A stretch of DNA of 64,000 nt from Dictyostelium discoideum (taxonomy: Eukaryota), in assembly GCA_000004695.1 (NCBI GenBank), contig CM000155.2, positions 1,280,001 to 1,344,000 of the forward strand, given 5' to 3'. Positions 1 through 21,961 of this stretch are shown piece by piece. Numbering within the stretch: position 1 is the stretch's first letter; the number at the start of each line of letters is the position of its first letter. The notes below the pieces were generated by a model, which worked only from the letters and a program-made list of their open reading frames with translations, was not told where the DNA came from and ran no database searches. A program made the position numbers and the translations under genes.

Positions 1-24
1 AAAAAAAAAAAAATATATTTTTAG

Positions 25-1346
<1,322 letters not shown>

Positions 1347-2124
1347 ATAAATAAAAATAATAATACCCCCTCTTGTAGAAATGTAAATAGAATCCAACAA
1401 TAAAAAAAAATATGAAAAAAAAAAAAAATCAAAAAAAAAAACAAAATCAAAATCCAAATATATTTAAATCAATAAAATATCAATATACAACTTAAAAGGG
1501 TTGTGCATTGAGAAATTGGATGTGGTCGTTCGAGAGGAATTAAAAATTTTGTGGTCATATTGTATAGTACTAAATAATTAAAATGATTTAGATATTCAAT
1601 TCCAACATTATTTGGTTTCTCTTGCTTTTAATGCGTCTACATTCCAAGTTATCTTTTTTTTTCCACAAAATATTCCCAAACCCCCCTTTTTTTTTATTTT
1701 TTTTTAATTTATTTATTTATTTTGGTGAAATAGAAACAATTTTATTTTTTTTATTTTTTTTATTTTTTTATTATTAATTTATTTATTTATTTATTTATTT
1801 TAGTGAAATAGAATAATAAATGAAATTTATAGTAGGAAATGATAAATTTTATATTTAGGTACGTATTAAATTCAAAATAAAATAATAATAATAATAAACA
1901 AAAAGGGGTTTTTTCGATATTTTGATCCCAGTGGCCAAAATTCAAAAAAAAAAAAAAAAAATTGGAAAATTCCAAACGTGATAAAAAAATAAATAAAAAA
2001 ATAAATTTAAAATAAAAAAATATTTTATTACATATTTTAATACATTTTATTATTATTTTTTTAATTTTATTTCAAATAACTATAAATGAAATTGTTTAGG
2101 AAAACTATTTTTTTTAATTTATGT

Positions 2125-2169
<45 letters not shown>

Positions 2170-2461
2170 CAATTTTATATTATATTATATTTCAATAGAA
2201 TTATAAAAAAAGAGGAGAGACCCACGATTTTGAAAATAAAAAGTTTTGAATTGTGAGGAAATTTGTTTTAATAATTGGAAATAAATAAAAATAAAAATAA
2301 AAATAAAAATAAAAATAAAAATAAATAAAATATTAAAATTGAATTTAAAAAGTTTTATAACCATATCAAAGTTTATTTACTAAATTACTATATAAATATA
2401 TGATTTTGGTTATTTACACACATAATACCATATGGTCCTACTACATAAATATTAAACAATA

Positions 2462-5630
<3,169 letters not shown>

Positions 5631-5953
5631 ATTATTGGGTTGGGGGAATAAAATTTTTTTTATATTATTATTTTGGGGAAATTTTTAAATTATTTTGATT
5701 ATTACCAATTTGGATTTTTTTTTGGATTTTGGGGGGGTTTTTTTTTTCCCCTTTTAAAAATGGAAAAATTTTTAAATTTTTTTTTCCCCCATTTTTTTTT
5801 TAAAAAAAAAAAAAATTTTTGGAATTTGGTTTTTTTTTTTGGAAAAAAACCCAAAAAGGAAAAAAGGAAAAAAAAAAAAAAAAAAAAGAAAACTGGTTAA
5901 ATTTGTTACTCTTTCTCTTTTTTTTTGAATTTTATTTTTTTTTTTTTGTTTTG

Positions 5954-5990
<37 letters not shown>

Positions 5991-6050
5991 CAATTACGAT
6001 CCAACTTTTATTTTTTTTTTAATCAATCTATACATTGGTTAAATGTTTAG

Positions 6051-6087
<37 letters not shown>

Positions 6088-6152
6088 GAAACAAAAAAAA
6101 TAAAAAAACTAAAAAAAAAATCCAATTCAGGAATGATATATCGAGAATTTTA

Positions 6153-6188
<36 letters not shown>

Positions 6189-6364
6189 TGTGACTTTTTT
6201 TTTTTTTTTTTTTTTATATTATTTTTATAATTATTATTTAAAGTTGATAAAAGAATTTAAAAATTCCTCGTTCTTGTGTTGGAAATAATGGTTAATAAAT
6301 GAATAATAACTTGGTTGATTGTGATGAGTGTGTGTCTTTTAAAAATTATATAAATTGAATTTAT

Positions 6365-6398
<34 letters not shown>

Positions 6399-7236
6399 TT
6401 AAAAAAAAAAAAAAAAAAAGGTGGCCTCGAGCAGAAGCTGCCCCCTTAAAAAAATTTTTAAAAAAAAAAAAAAAAAAATAAAAAAAAAAAAGTAATTATT
6501 TTTGTCATACGATATTGTAAGTTTTTTATTTTATTTAATTTTATTTTATTTTATTTTATTTTATTTTATTTTATTTTATTTTATTTTTTATTTTTTATTG
6601 TTTATTTATTTTTTTTATTTTCTTATTAATTGAATAAGAAAAAAAAAAAAAAAAAGGTTATCAAAAATAATTATCATAGTGGTTTTGTTTTTTTTTTTTT
6701 AAATTTTTTTTTATAAATGGGTTTTTTTTTTGGTTATTTTCACTATTTCCTCACTCCAATCCACACACACACTTTTGATGTGATAAATGGTTTTATTTTT
6801 TATTTTATTTTTTTTGTTGACAACACACAATGATATTATCAAATTTTGTAGGGGGTCCCACTTGTCCTTAAAATCAGTTTTTTTTTTTTTTTTCCTTACT
6901 TTAATTTTTTTCTTTTTTTTTTTTACAAAAATATTATCTTCCCTAATTTGCTTGGGTTTGTGTATGGTCAGAAAATCACTTATCAATATATATATGTGCC
7001 ACTTCATGAAAAATCGTTTTTTTTTTTTTTTTTTTTTCAATTTTAATTTTTTTTTTTTTTTTTAAAAATGTTTTTCTTTCCAATCATTCGCTTTAATTTT
7101 ATAGACAAGAGCATTATTTGAATTCAAAAAGTGTCAACTGAATTTTCGTTCAGAAACTATTTTTTTAAATTAATTAAAAGTATACCAACCTCTCAGCGTC
7201 ATTCATTTTATTATTTATTTTTATTTTTTAAATAAT

Positions 7237-7269
<33 letters not shown>

Positions 7270-8217
7270 ATTTCAAACATTGAGATTTCATTTATAATAA
7301 ATCAAAAAAAAAACTATTTTCATTTATTTATTTTTTTTTTTATTTATTTTTTTTAAAAAAAAAAAAGTATTAAGTTATAAAATAATACATGGCTTTAATG
7401 TATAGGATATTTAAAGATTAGATTTTATTAGGTTTCCATGGAAATATCAGAATTAATGATTTTAAATAAAATAAAATAAAATAAAATAAAATAAAATAAA
7501 ATAAAATAAAATAAAATAAAATAAAATAAAAAAAAAAAAAATAACAAATAATAAATAAAAAGAAAAAGAAAAATAAATAAACAAATATAAAAAATGGTTT
7601 AAATAAATGTAAATTTCTTTTTTTTTTTTTATTTTTTTATTTTATTTTTTATTTATTTATTTTTTTTTTTTTTTTTATATTTATTTTTTTTATTTATTTA
7701 TTTATTTTTTTTTTTTATTATTTCTTCCATAATATCTTGGTATTTAAAGAAATAATGATTCTGCTACCTAAATTTTATAAAATTAAAATAAATTAATAAA
7801 AATTAAAAATAAATATAAATATATAAATTTAGATTAATAATTAAATAAATATAAATAAAATATTAAATAATATTAATGAAAAATTAAACATTAAAAAAAA
7901 AAATTAATTTATATTTATATTTTTTTATTTTTATAATTTTCATTCAGATCTTAATTTATCATTATTATAATAATCAAAGTTTTTTTTTTTTTTTTTTTTT
8001 TGACATTCTACAAGGGTGAGCGAGCGAGATAAAAAAAAAAAAAATAAAAAAAAAAAAATTAAAAAAAAATAAAAAAGTGAATTTGGTGTGTAAGTGTGGA
8101 TAAAAATAGAATATAAATTTGGAAAAAGAGGTAAATCTAAAATTTTCAATTAAATCCAAAATGTCCCAAATTTTGACCCACCCATTAATTATAATAACTT
8201 TTCAATATAAAAATGGG

Positions 8218-8261
<44 letters not shown>

Positions 8262-8436
8262 AAAAAAAATAAAATAATAAAAAATAAAGAAATAAATGAA
8301 TAAATAAATAAATAAAAAAATAAAAATAAAAAAATTTAAAATTTATATGCATCTCATATACATTACCATTACTTATATTTGTGTGTGCTTGTGTGTGTAA
8401 AAATACTATTAGTTTTTTTATTTTTTATAATTTATT

Positions 8437-8477
<41 letters not shown>

Positions 8478-8718
8478 TAATTTTAATTTATTTATTTTTT
8501 AATTTTTATTTTTTGAAGACACTCCACCCCGACCCACACATTACAAAACAACCACCACTCTAGCAAGCTTTAAAGTTGTATTTAGTAGCTATTTATAATA
8601 ATATTATAAAAACATTACAATTCCCCAAATATAAATAAAAAAAAAAAAAAGAAGGAAAATAAAAAAAAAAAAAAAAAAAAGGGATTTCCCTCCAATATTA
8701 ATATTTTTTTTAACATCA

Positions 8719-8752
<34 letters not shown>

Positions 8753-9253
8753 CTCATTATATTTCAATTTAAAATATATTTTGCAAACACTACACATAAA
8801 AATATAAACAATACAAAACAAAACAAACAAAACAATAATAATTTAATGGTTGAATCAATATTAACATTTAAAACAATACTTCCCGTATATTCAATTACTC
8901 CTTAAACCACCTTTAGTTTTTATTAATTTTATTAATTTCACCTATAAACAAAATAGTGTGCACACTCAAAAAGAAATTTTAAATAAAAATAATAAAAAAA
9001 TAAAAGAAATTAAATAGTAAAAAAAAAATAATCAACCCAATTAGAACTGGCAACTATATACTTGAATTGTTTTCATCAAATAAAGAATAAAAGAATCTCG
9101 GAAACGATTTCAATTAAAGTGAAGAAATAGGAATTTGTTTTTTTTTTTTTCAATAAACAGCAAGACAAAAAAAACAAAAAAAAAAACAAAAAAAAAAAGA
9201 AAAAAAAAAAAATAGATTTATCGTCTTTTTTTGGGAATAGAAAAAAAAAAAAA

Positions 9254-13574
<4,321 letters not shown>

Positions 13575-14522
13575 AAAAAAAGAATTTTTATTTTAAGTTT
13601 ATTTGTCTACCCATTGTAACAAAAACAGGTAAAAAAAAAAAAAAAAAAAAAAAAGTAAAAAAAAAAAAAAAGAAGTTGTAATCAATAATTTATAGTAATG
13701 TGATTTAATATAAAAAATAATAACAATAATAATAATAAATTGTTTTGGCTTAATAGCCAAAATTTTACGATATAATTAATAATAAAAACAATAATAAATA
13801 ATAAATAAATAATAATAATAATAAATAATAATAATACAAACATTTGGACTCATTCGACATCATTAGTTTGATTGAGATACAGTCCACACACTGATGTACC
13901 CTACCGTTTAAGAATGGTTAAAAAAAAAAAAAAAAAAAGGAAAAAAATTAAAATATTTTTGACCAAATTCCACTAAACTTGGTTGGGAATAATAAATATA
14001 AAAAAAACAAAAAACAAAAAAAAAATATATAACATTACAAACCAAAAGTGTCTTTTTATTTATTTTATTTTACCATTTAATTTATGAATAAAAAAAAAAT
14101 TTTAATTAAAAAATAAAAAAAAATAAAAATATTTATGATTAAAACCAGAATTTGATTTCAAAAAAATGATTGTCTGGTTATTTTTATTTTTTATAATTTT
14201 TATAATTTTTATTTTTAAAAGTTTTTATTTAACTTGATTAATTAAACCAGCCCATTGTTTAATTAAAGAATTTGTTTTTTGGATGTAAGGATTTATTTGA
14301 TTATTTTAACTTTCTTTTTATTTATTTTTTTATTTTTAATTCCATTTTTATATTTTTATTATTTTATTTTTTAAAATTAGTTTATTTGTATCGTTGTTAT
14401 TTTTTTTTTTTTTTTTTTAATTATTATTATAAATAATTTATAAAAATTATCACGATTAGTTATTTAAAACATGTAGATTATTAATTAAAAGAAAAAAAAA
14501 AAAAGTTGGTATTTTAACCACC

Positions 14523-14577
<55 letters not shown>

Positions 14578-14775
14578 TTTCTATTGAATTTTTGGGTGTT
14601 GTGTGTTTAAAAACACACTCATTCATGGACCAATATTATATTAATAAACAGTACAAACAATTTATATTACATTATCAATATTCTATTTAATTTAATTTTT
14701 ATTTTAAAATTTTATTATTTTTTTGTTTTATTTTTTTATATTTTTTTTTTTATTATTTCATTTTTATAAAAAGTA

Positions 14776-14921
14776 ATGAATTGGGATAGCAACAACAACA
14801 ACAACAAAAACAGTAATAATAATAATAATAATAGTAGTAGTAGTAGTTATAATATTAATAATAATTATAGTAGCTTTAATAATAGTAATAATAATAATAT
14901 AAATAATAATAATATAAATAC

Positions 14922-15017
<96 letters not shown>

Positions 15018-15875
15018 TAATAGCAGTAATAATTATCATTTAGCTCATATTAATGTTTATCAACAATATCCAATAAAACCATTACCTATATCATTTAATA
15101 GTTTTAATACAAATATGTTTCAACAACAGCAGCAACAACAACAACAACAACAGCAACTGCCACAACATCTTCCACCATTAGGTAGTAGTGGTAGTAGTAA
15201 TGGTGGACCTAATTTAATGGGATATGCTCAAATTCCACCAAACTATTTTAAACCTTTATCACCACCCTCATTCCATCCACCAACTTCACCACAATCATTT
15301 TTTAATAATAATACTAATAATAATAATAATAACAATAACAATAATAATAATAATATTAATATTAATATTAATAATAATAATAATAGTAACAATTATATTA
15401 ATGATAGTACTAATAGTAATAACTTAAATACAAGTAATGGAGCAATTAATACATCTAGTCATTTGTTTATAAATTCACCAAACCATCATAGTGATAACAG
15501 ATCATTCATTGAATCTAGGTCACCTGCTTCAATGAATGCATCACCAATTCATTTCAATGATCCAACTTTTAAAGTACCTGTACATTTACCATCATTATCA
15601 ATTACAAATTCACCATCTTTAAACTCTTCAATTGATAGTAGCTATAGATTAAACAACAACAACAACAATAATAATAATAATGGTAGTAATAATAGCTCTT
15701 TTAATTCAACTCCAACTAAATTTGAACAATTACAATTACAACTTCAACAACAACAATTACAACAACAATTACAACAACAACAACAATTACAACAACAACA
15801 ACAACAATTACAACAACAACAACAATTACAACAACAACAACAACAACAATTACAACAACAACAACAACAACAACT

Positions 15876-15907
<32 letters not shown>

Positions 15908-16111
15908 TACAACAGCAACAACAATTGCAACAGCAACAACAACAGCAATCAACATCTCATATCCATTTCTCAACTGCTCCTACACCAATAGTATCTCATC
16001 ATTATAATTTACAACAACCACTGCAACAATATCCACAAAATATTTATAGCCATACTAATATATTAAATCAAAACAATAACTCAAAGCCAATCAATACTAA
16101 TAGTAGTAGTA

Positions 16112-16179
<68 letters not shown>

Positions 16180-16401
16180 TGTAATTATAATAATAGCAAT
16201 AATAGTTATAATAATAATACTACTAATACTAATAATAACCCAAACAATAAAAGGAGCCAAACAAAGAATCAACAACAACAACAACCACAACCACAACAAC
16301 AACAACTTCAACAACAACAACCACAACAATCTGTAATTAATGTAAATAAAAAAACAACAAAAGTTTCAAAAACAAAAACATCAAATCAAAAATTAACTGT
16401 A

Positions 16402-16494
<93 letters not shown>

Positions 16495-17157
16495 ATTCAG
16501 CAACAACAACAACAACAATCAAATGATATTAAACTTTTGTTAAAAAATAGTATATATAGTAGTAGAAATGATTTAAAGGAATTATTAAGTCAACCAACAG
16601 AATATACAGATTCAGAATATCCAGAGATAGTTGGTAAATATAGGATATTGGAAAAGATTGGACAAGGTACATTTAGTGGTGTTTATAAATCAGTTTGTAT
16701 CGATGGTCCAAATATTGGTTTAATTGTAGCATTGAAACGTGTTGCACCAACTTCATCACCTGCAAGAATTTTAAATGAAATTCATAGTCTATTAAGAGTT
16801 GGTGGTCATTATAATGTTTCAGCATTATTTGGTGCATTAAGATACAAAGATCAAGTGACTTTGATTCTACCTTTCTTTGAGCACGATTCTTTTAAAGATT
16901 ACTTTTTTCAAATGTCAAATGAAAATATTAAACATTATCTATACGCTCTATTCGATTCCTTACGTCATATTCATCAAAATAATATTTGCCATCGTGATGT
17001 AAAACCAACAAACTTTTTATATTCTATAAAAAATAATTCTTTTCTTTTAATTGATTTTGGTTTGGCTCAAGAAATGCCAAATTCAAATTCAAATTCAAAT
17101 TCAAATTCAAATTCAAATTCAAATTCAAATTCAAATTCAAATTCAAATTCAAATTCA

Positions 17158-17189
<32 letters not shown>

Positions 17190-17281
17190 CAATAATAATT
17201 TTAATGGAAATAATAGCAATAATGATTTCAATAATTTTATAAATATGAATAATAGTAATAGTAATAATAATAATAATAATA

Positions 17282-17338
<57 letters not shown>

Positions 17339-18066
17339 GTAATAATAATAATAATAGTAATAATAGCCAAGAAGAAATAATATTACCATCAACTAACGAA
17401 AATGGTACAACAACTTCAAATGCTTCATCAACTTCAAATACTACTTCATCATCATCATCCTCTTCAAATAAATCAAAAAATTTAAGAAATGATCCAAAGT
17501 AAAGTATTGATATTTAATTTTTTGAAAAAAAAAAAAAAAAAGTTAAATTAATATTGATTATTTTATTTTATTATTATTATTTTTTAATTTTTTTTTAATA
17601 AAGACCACAACCAGCACCAAGAGCAGGTACAAGAGGATTTAGAGCACCAGAAGTATTATTAAAATATAATAAACAAACTACAGCAATTGATATTTGGTCA
17701 GTTGGTGTAATTTTATTATGTATGATCTCTGGTAGATATCCATTTTTCATTTCTCCTGATGATATGACAAGTCTAGCAGAGATAGTTTCAATCATTGGTA
17801 CAAAGAAAATCGTTGATATCGCTCATCTTTTAGAGAAGAAAATTTCAATCTCTCATTCAATACCTCCAACACCTTGGAGAGATCTATCTAGAAGACTAAG
17901 AAGTGAATCAAGTTGTGATAAACAAGATGTCCCTGTAGAGTTGTATGATTTATTAGAACGTTGTTTAGATCCTAATCCATTAACTAGAATTACTGCTTCT
18001 GAAGCTTTACTTCACCCTTTTTTAGTTGTTAATAATAATAGTAATAATAATAATAATAATAGTTAA
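14776..18066 (+). CDS. cdc7: CDC7-like serine/threonine protein kinase. Exons 14776..17498 and 17604..18066.
   Basis: The first exon has a huge poly-N/poly-Q N-terminal extension, then the kinase subdomains GKYRILEKIGQGTFSGVYKS, ALKRV, HRDVKPTNFL, IDFGLA and a long low-complexity kinase insert. The GTAAAG donor is at 17499 and the acceptor aataaag ends at 17603. The second exon continues (K)PQPAPRAGTRGFRAPEVLLKYNKQTTAIDIWSVGVILLCMISGRYPFF, the characteristic CDC7/Hsk1 activation-segment region. Confidence 0.7.
17079..17160 (+). repeat. (CAAATT)n perfect hexanucleotide repeat of about 13 units, encoding (NS)n inside the cdc7 kinase insert
   Basis: Seen directly. The alternative frame reads QIQIQI. 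Confidence 0.9.
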
Positions 18067-18235
18067 TGATAATAAAAATAATACTAATAAAATTAATGTA
18101 TAAATATTATTAAGTTGGAGGGTAATTAATATTACTTTGTTTTTACAATATATTTCCAGATTTTAAATCATAAAAATCGATCCATAGTTATATGATATCC
18201 GAAAAATAAATAGGTAAACACCAGCTAATTCAAAA

Positions 18236-18253
18236 TCGGAAGAATTTTATCCG

Positions 18254-18286
<33 letters not shown>

Positions 18287-18598
18287 CTGATTAATCTTAG
18301 TTTATCCATTATATTTTAATAATGAATTATAATTTTTGAAATGTAAAGAATTCATTCCTTTTTTTAGTTTGAATTTTCTAATAAAGAATTTAATTTTAAA
18401 ATGTAGTGCAGTTATTATTACTATTATCAATTTTTAAAAAAGATATCCAGTTTTTAAAAATGTTAGTATTTAAAATTAAATAATAAGATTAGTAATTGAA
18501 TTTAAATTATTTGTTCCAGGAAATCATTCGGATCTTTTGAATGAGTTAATTTTAAATGTTTTGCTTTTTTTATATATTCTAGAGTAGCTTGTACGATT

Positions 18599-18637
<39 letters not shown>

Positions 18638-19300
18638 TGGATTAACAAGATTGATATATGTCCATCTGTGTTAATACGAGTTTTTATTTAATATTTATTT
18701 ATAGGCTTATCATTTAAGCTGAAGGGTTATTTTAATCATATGAATTGATCAAAAGATATAATATTTGGGAGAGATGATTCTGGAATACAATAGTAATTAG
18801 CTGTTGTTTTTCTTAGCTTGATCGTTGAGGTGAGAAGGATCTTAGGATCTTTGAAATTATTATGGTCTTTTGCTGATAAGTTTTTCAGATCTTTTGCTTT
18901 TTTGATGTATTCTAGAGTGGCCAATTTGTGCCATTTCTTTAGAAGGGAGCTGTATGATAGTGATTCATTTGTTAAAGGATCTTCACTGTATATTTGATTG
19001 CAAATCCAAATCCAAATGTTGTGGAGGATAAGGGCCATTAGGTTTTTATATGCGAATGATCTGGTTAGATCATAGTCTATTGCTTTATAGTTCCATTCGA
19101 AGTATTCTTTGTGGAATCTGTGGTTGGCGTAATCTGCATTCACTTCTTGATCTTTTTTGGCTGTCGGTGATAATTTTGGAGTTATTCTATTAATGAAATT
19201 GTTATTTTGCCTAATTCTTGTATGGTGCCAGTTTTTACCTTTGCCTGTGGTAATATAGATGAAATTTTTGAGTTTATTTATTTTTATAAATTGTTTTGTT
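18236..19300 (-). mobile_element. Two nested 5'-truncated 3' fragments of a TRE3-type tRNA-targeted non-LTR retrotransposon, bordering an assembly gap
   Basis: Poly-T runs on the plus strand at about 18257-18282 and 18601-18632 are poly(A) tails of minus-strand copies. The sequence 18633-18970 is repeated almost identically at 19473-19812. The ORF remnant 18736..19143 (YDLTRSFAYKNLMALILHNIWIWICNQIYSEDP...) is homologous to the ORF remnant next to the second tRNA gene (41716..41910). The 3' UTR C-module-like segment around 18440-18600 shares gttagtatttaaaattaaa with the sequence near 40860. Confidence 0.6.
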
Positions 19301-19400
19301 NNNNNNNNNNNNNNNNNNNNNNNNNNNNNNNNNNNNNNNNNNNNNNNNNNNNNNNNNNNNNNNNNNNNNNNNNNNNNNNNNNNNNNNNNNNNNNNNNNNN
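19301..19400. other. Assembly gap of 100 N
   Basis: Run of n characters. ORF 19207..19410, which spans it, is an artifact. Confidence 1.
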
Positions 19401-19440
19401 GATTGGTTAAAATTGACCGAGATTAAGGATAGAAAAGGAT

Positions 19441-19935
19441 GAATTACTTTTCACGTGTATTTTTTTTTTTTTTTTTTTAATATTAGATTAACAAGATTGA
19501 TATATGTCCATCTGTGTTAATACGAGTTTTATTTAATATTTATTTAAAGGCTTATCATTTAAGCTGAAGGGTTATTTTAATCATATGAATTGATCAAAAG
19601 ATATAATATTTGGGAGAGATGATTCTGGAATACAATAGTAATTAGCTGTTGTTTTTCTTAGCTTGATCGTTGAGGTGAGAAGGATCTTAGGATCTTTGAA
19701 ATTATTATGGTCTTTTGCTGATAAGTTTTTCAGATCTTTTGCTTTTTTGATGTATTCTAGAGTGGCCAATTTGTGCCATTTCTTTAGAAGGGAGCTGTAT
19801 GATAGTGATTCATCTGTTAAAGGATCACGATCTACAGATCTAACTTACCAAATCGCCGATTTAATAGGATTTTTCACGTGTATCTTGTATCCTCTTGATC
19901 GCGGTGCGGTTTTCGACTATTAAACTTTTAATATA
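19441..19935 (-). mobile_element. 5'-truncated TRE3-type retroelement 3' fragment; the youngest copy, closest to the tRNA gene
   Basis: Poly-T at 19456-19472 is a poly(A) tail on the minus strand. The body is near-identical to 18633-18970. It ends about 60 bp downstream of the tRNA-Pro 3' end, just past the ex-B box. Confidence 0.6.
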
Positions 19936-19952
19936 CTATTAAACATTCAATG

Positions 19953-19963
19953 GGAATCGAACA
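19953..19963 (-). promoter_or_regulatory. ex-B box: an extra B-box copy downstream of tRNA-Pro
   Basis: Minus strand reads GTTCGATTCC, the B-box consensus. It lies about 33 bp 3' of the tRNA. Dictyostelium tRNA genes typically carry such an ex-B box, which is associated with TRE3 targeting. Confidence 0.6.
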
Positions 19964-19995
19964 TGCGATATATTAAAATTTCTTATAAAACGTAT

Positions 19996-20066
19996 GGGGA
20001 GATCCGAGAATCGAACTCAGGACGCTACCACCCAAAGGTAGCATTATACCACTTAACTAATCTCCC
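19996..20066 (-). tRNA. tRNA-Pro (anticodon UGG)
   Basis: Minus strand GGGAGATTAGTTAAGTGGTATAATGCTACCTTTGGGTGGTAGCGTCCTGAGTTCGATTCTCGGATCTCCCC folds as a cloverleaf. Acceptor stem is GGGAGAT/ATCTCCC, anticodon stem CTACC/GGTAG, anticodon loop TTTGGGT and T-loop TTCGATT. Confidence 0.85.
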
Positions 20067-20464
20067 ATTTTGATGTTATTGATCTTTTTTTGATCAAAAT
20101 AATCCTTCTCAACAAATCCCCATTTAATGTTTGAAAACAATATCCCAATTAATTTTCCTTTTTTTTAATGAAATTGAAGTTTTATTGAAAAATTATACCA
20201 CTTAAATAACCTCCCTTTTCAATTAGATCGAAGTTTTATCCCAAAAAATCCAAGCTCGTCGAATCCGACAAAAAAAAAAAAAACTATTTCTATTTAGACA
20301 TAAAAAACCAATTTAATTCAATTATCCTTTAATTATAATAATTAAGAAAATAATAAAATACAGATATTGAATTTTTTTTAATAAATATGTTTCTTATTTT
20401 ATTTAAAATTATTTTTTTTTTTTTAAAAAAAAAAAATATAAGCTATTATTATTATTAATATTAT

Positions 20465-21476
20465 TTAATTAATTTCTGGGGTTTTAATTGGATTGAAGAG
20501 AGTATTTTTACCGAACCAACGACCTTTTAACATACCTTCCCAATAAGCGGTTGGGAAAACGTACTTTTTTAAGAACATTGGGAAGTAAGATTCTTTTGAT
20601 TGATCGAATGGAAGGGATTCGTCAACTTCAAAGCCATATTTGAATTCAGCCAAAATGATTTTACTATAAGAGGTAGTGATTGGACAAGAGGTATAACCAT
20701 CATATTTATGGTTCAAAGGTAAACCTAATTTATGATTGATTAAATTACCAACCAATATTGGAGCTTGAGAGGTGATAGCAGCGGCAGTCTTTGAAGTTGG
20801 TAAATTTGAAGTGTCACCCAAAGAGAAGACATTATCATATTTTACATGTTGAAGGGTTCCTTTGTCGACATTGACGAAACCGGTGGCTGGATCAGCAAGT
20901 GGGGAATTCTTAATGACAGAGTGTGGACCCATTGGTGGCACAACATGAATCATATCGTATTTAACGGTTTTATTGCCTTGTGGAGTTTCAAAAACTGCTT
21001 CTTTACTATCACCTTTGATCTCTACTAAATTGTGTGCAAAATTTTGATTTACACCTCTTTCTTTAGCCATTTTATCCAAAACCTCAGAGTATTTCTTCAC
21101 TGGGAACATTGAGGCACCGGCACTGTTGAAATCTAATCTAACCTTATCACGAATACCATGTTTTCTTAAATAGTCGTCACATAACCAAAGGATCTTTTGT
21201 GGTGCGCCACCACATTTAACACCAGTGGTTGGTACTGTAAAGATTGCAACATTACCTGGTTTCAATGATTTAATAAATTCAAATGTCTTTTCACATGAAT
21301 CATATGAATAATTTGATGTTACACCATTCTTTCCTAAATTCTCTTTTAATCCTTTAACTCTATCCCAATATAATTCTAAACCAGTTGATACAACTAAATA
21401 ATCATAATCAATTTCTTTACCATCTTTTGTTAAAACAATATTTTCCTAAAAAAAAAATAAAATAAACATATTAATA

Positions 21477-21525
<49 letters not shown>

Positions 21526-21905
21526 ACTTCTGGTTTAAAAACAGTTACAGAATCTTTAACCCAAGTTGCACCTTTTGGAATGAAATCTTTTTCATCTTTT
21601 TCAGAGTCTTTTCTTGAAAAGATACCACCACCAACTAAAGTCCATAATGGTTGATAGTAATGTTTTTCACTTGGTTCAACGATAACGATATCACCTTTGT
21701 TTTTGAATTTATGTTCTAATTGAGAGGCCACTGAAAGACCACCTGCACCACCACCAACAATAACAATCTTTGTAACATTTTTTAATTTTCTTTTTTCTTT
21801 TTCACTTCCAAGTTGTGATGCTGAAACTACACCATTTGGTAATTTATCTGAACTTGATGTTACTGCTGGGGCAACTGCCAAAGCATACATAATACTTTTA
21901 AACAT
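20465..21905 (-). CDS. sqrdl: Sulfide:quinone oxidoreductase, mitochondrial (SQRDL). Exons 21905..21528 and 21445..20465.
   Basis: Exon 1 MFKSIMYALAVAP...KIVIVGGGAGGLSVASQL...HYYQPLWTLVGGG...VTVFKPE has the FAD-binding GGGxGG motif and ends at a GTAAGT donor. The intron is 82 bp with an acceptor ttttttttag. Exon 2 ENIVLTKDGKEIDYDYLVVSTG...VPTTGVKCGGAPQKILWL...KYDGYTSCPITTSYSKIILAEF...FDQSKE matches human SQRDL almost motif for motif. Confidence 0.85.
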
Positions 21906-21915
21906 TTTTAAATTA

Positions 21916-21961
<46 letters not shown>

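Noticed and set aside
2281-2330. Periodic (AAAATA)n, and (TTTTA)n at 6541-6600 and (AAATA)n at 7461-7530, considered as possible CRISPR-like or regulatory arrays
   Set aside because: These are simple short-unit microsatellites with no spacers, typical of this genome's intergenic DNA. This is not a prokaryotic sequence.
5673-8830. Short ORFs rich in K, F and L in the 5.6-9.2 kb interval
   Set aside because: They are translations of A-runs and T-runs in intergenic AT desert. There are no splice signals and no codon structure. Part of the region looks like low-quality sequence.
19207-19410. ORF spanning the N gap
   Set aside because: Its translation consists of X residues across the 100-N assembly gap. 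It is an artifact.
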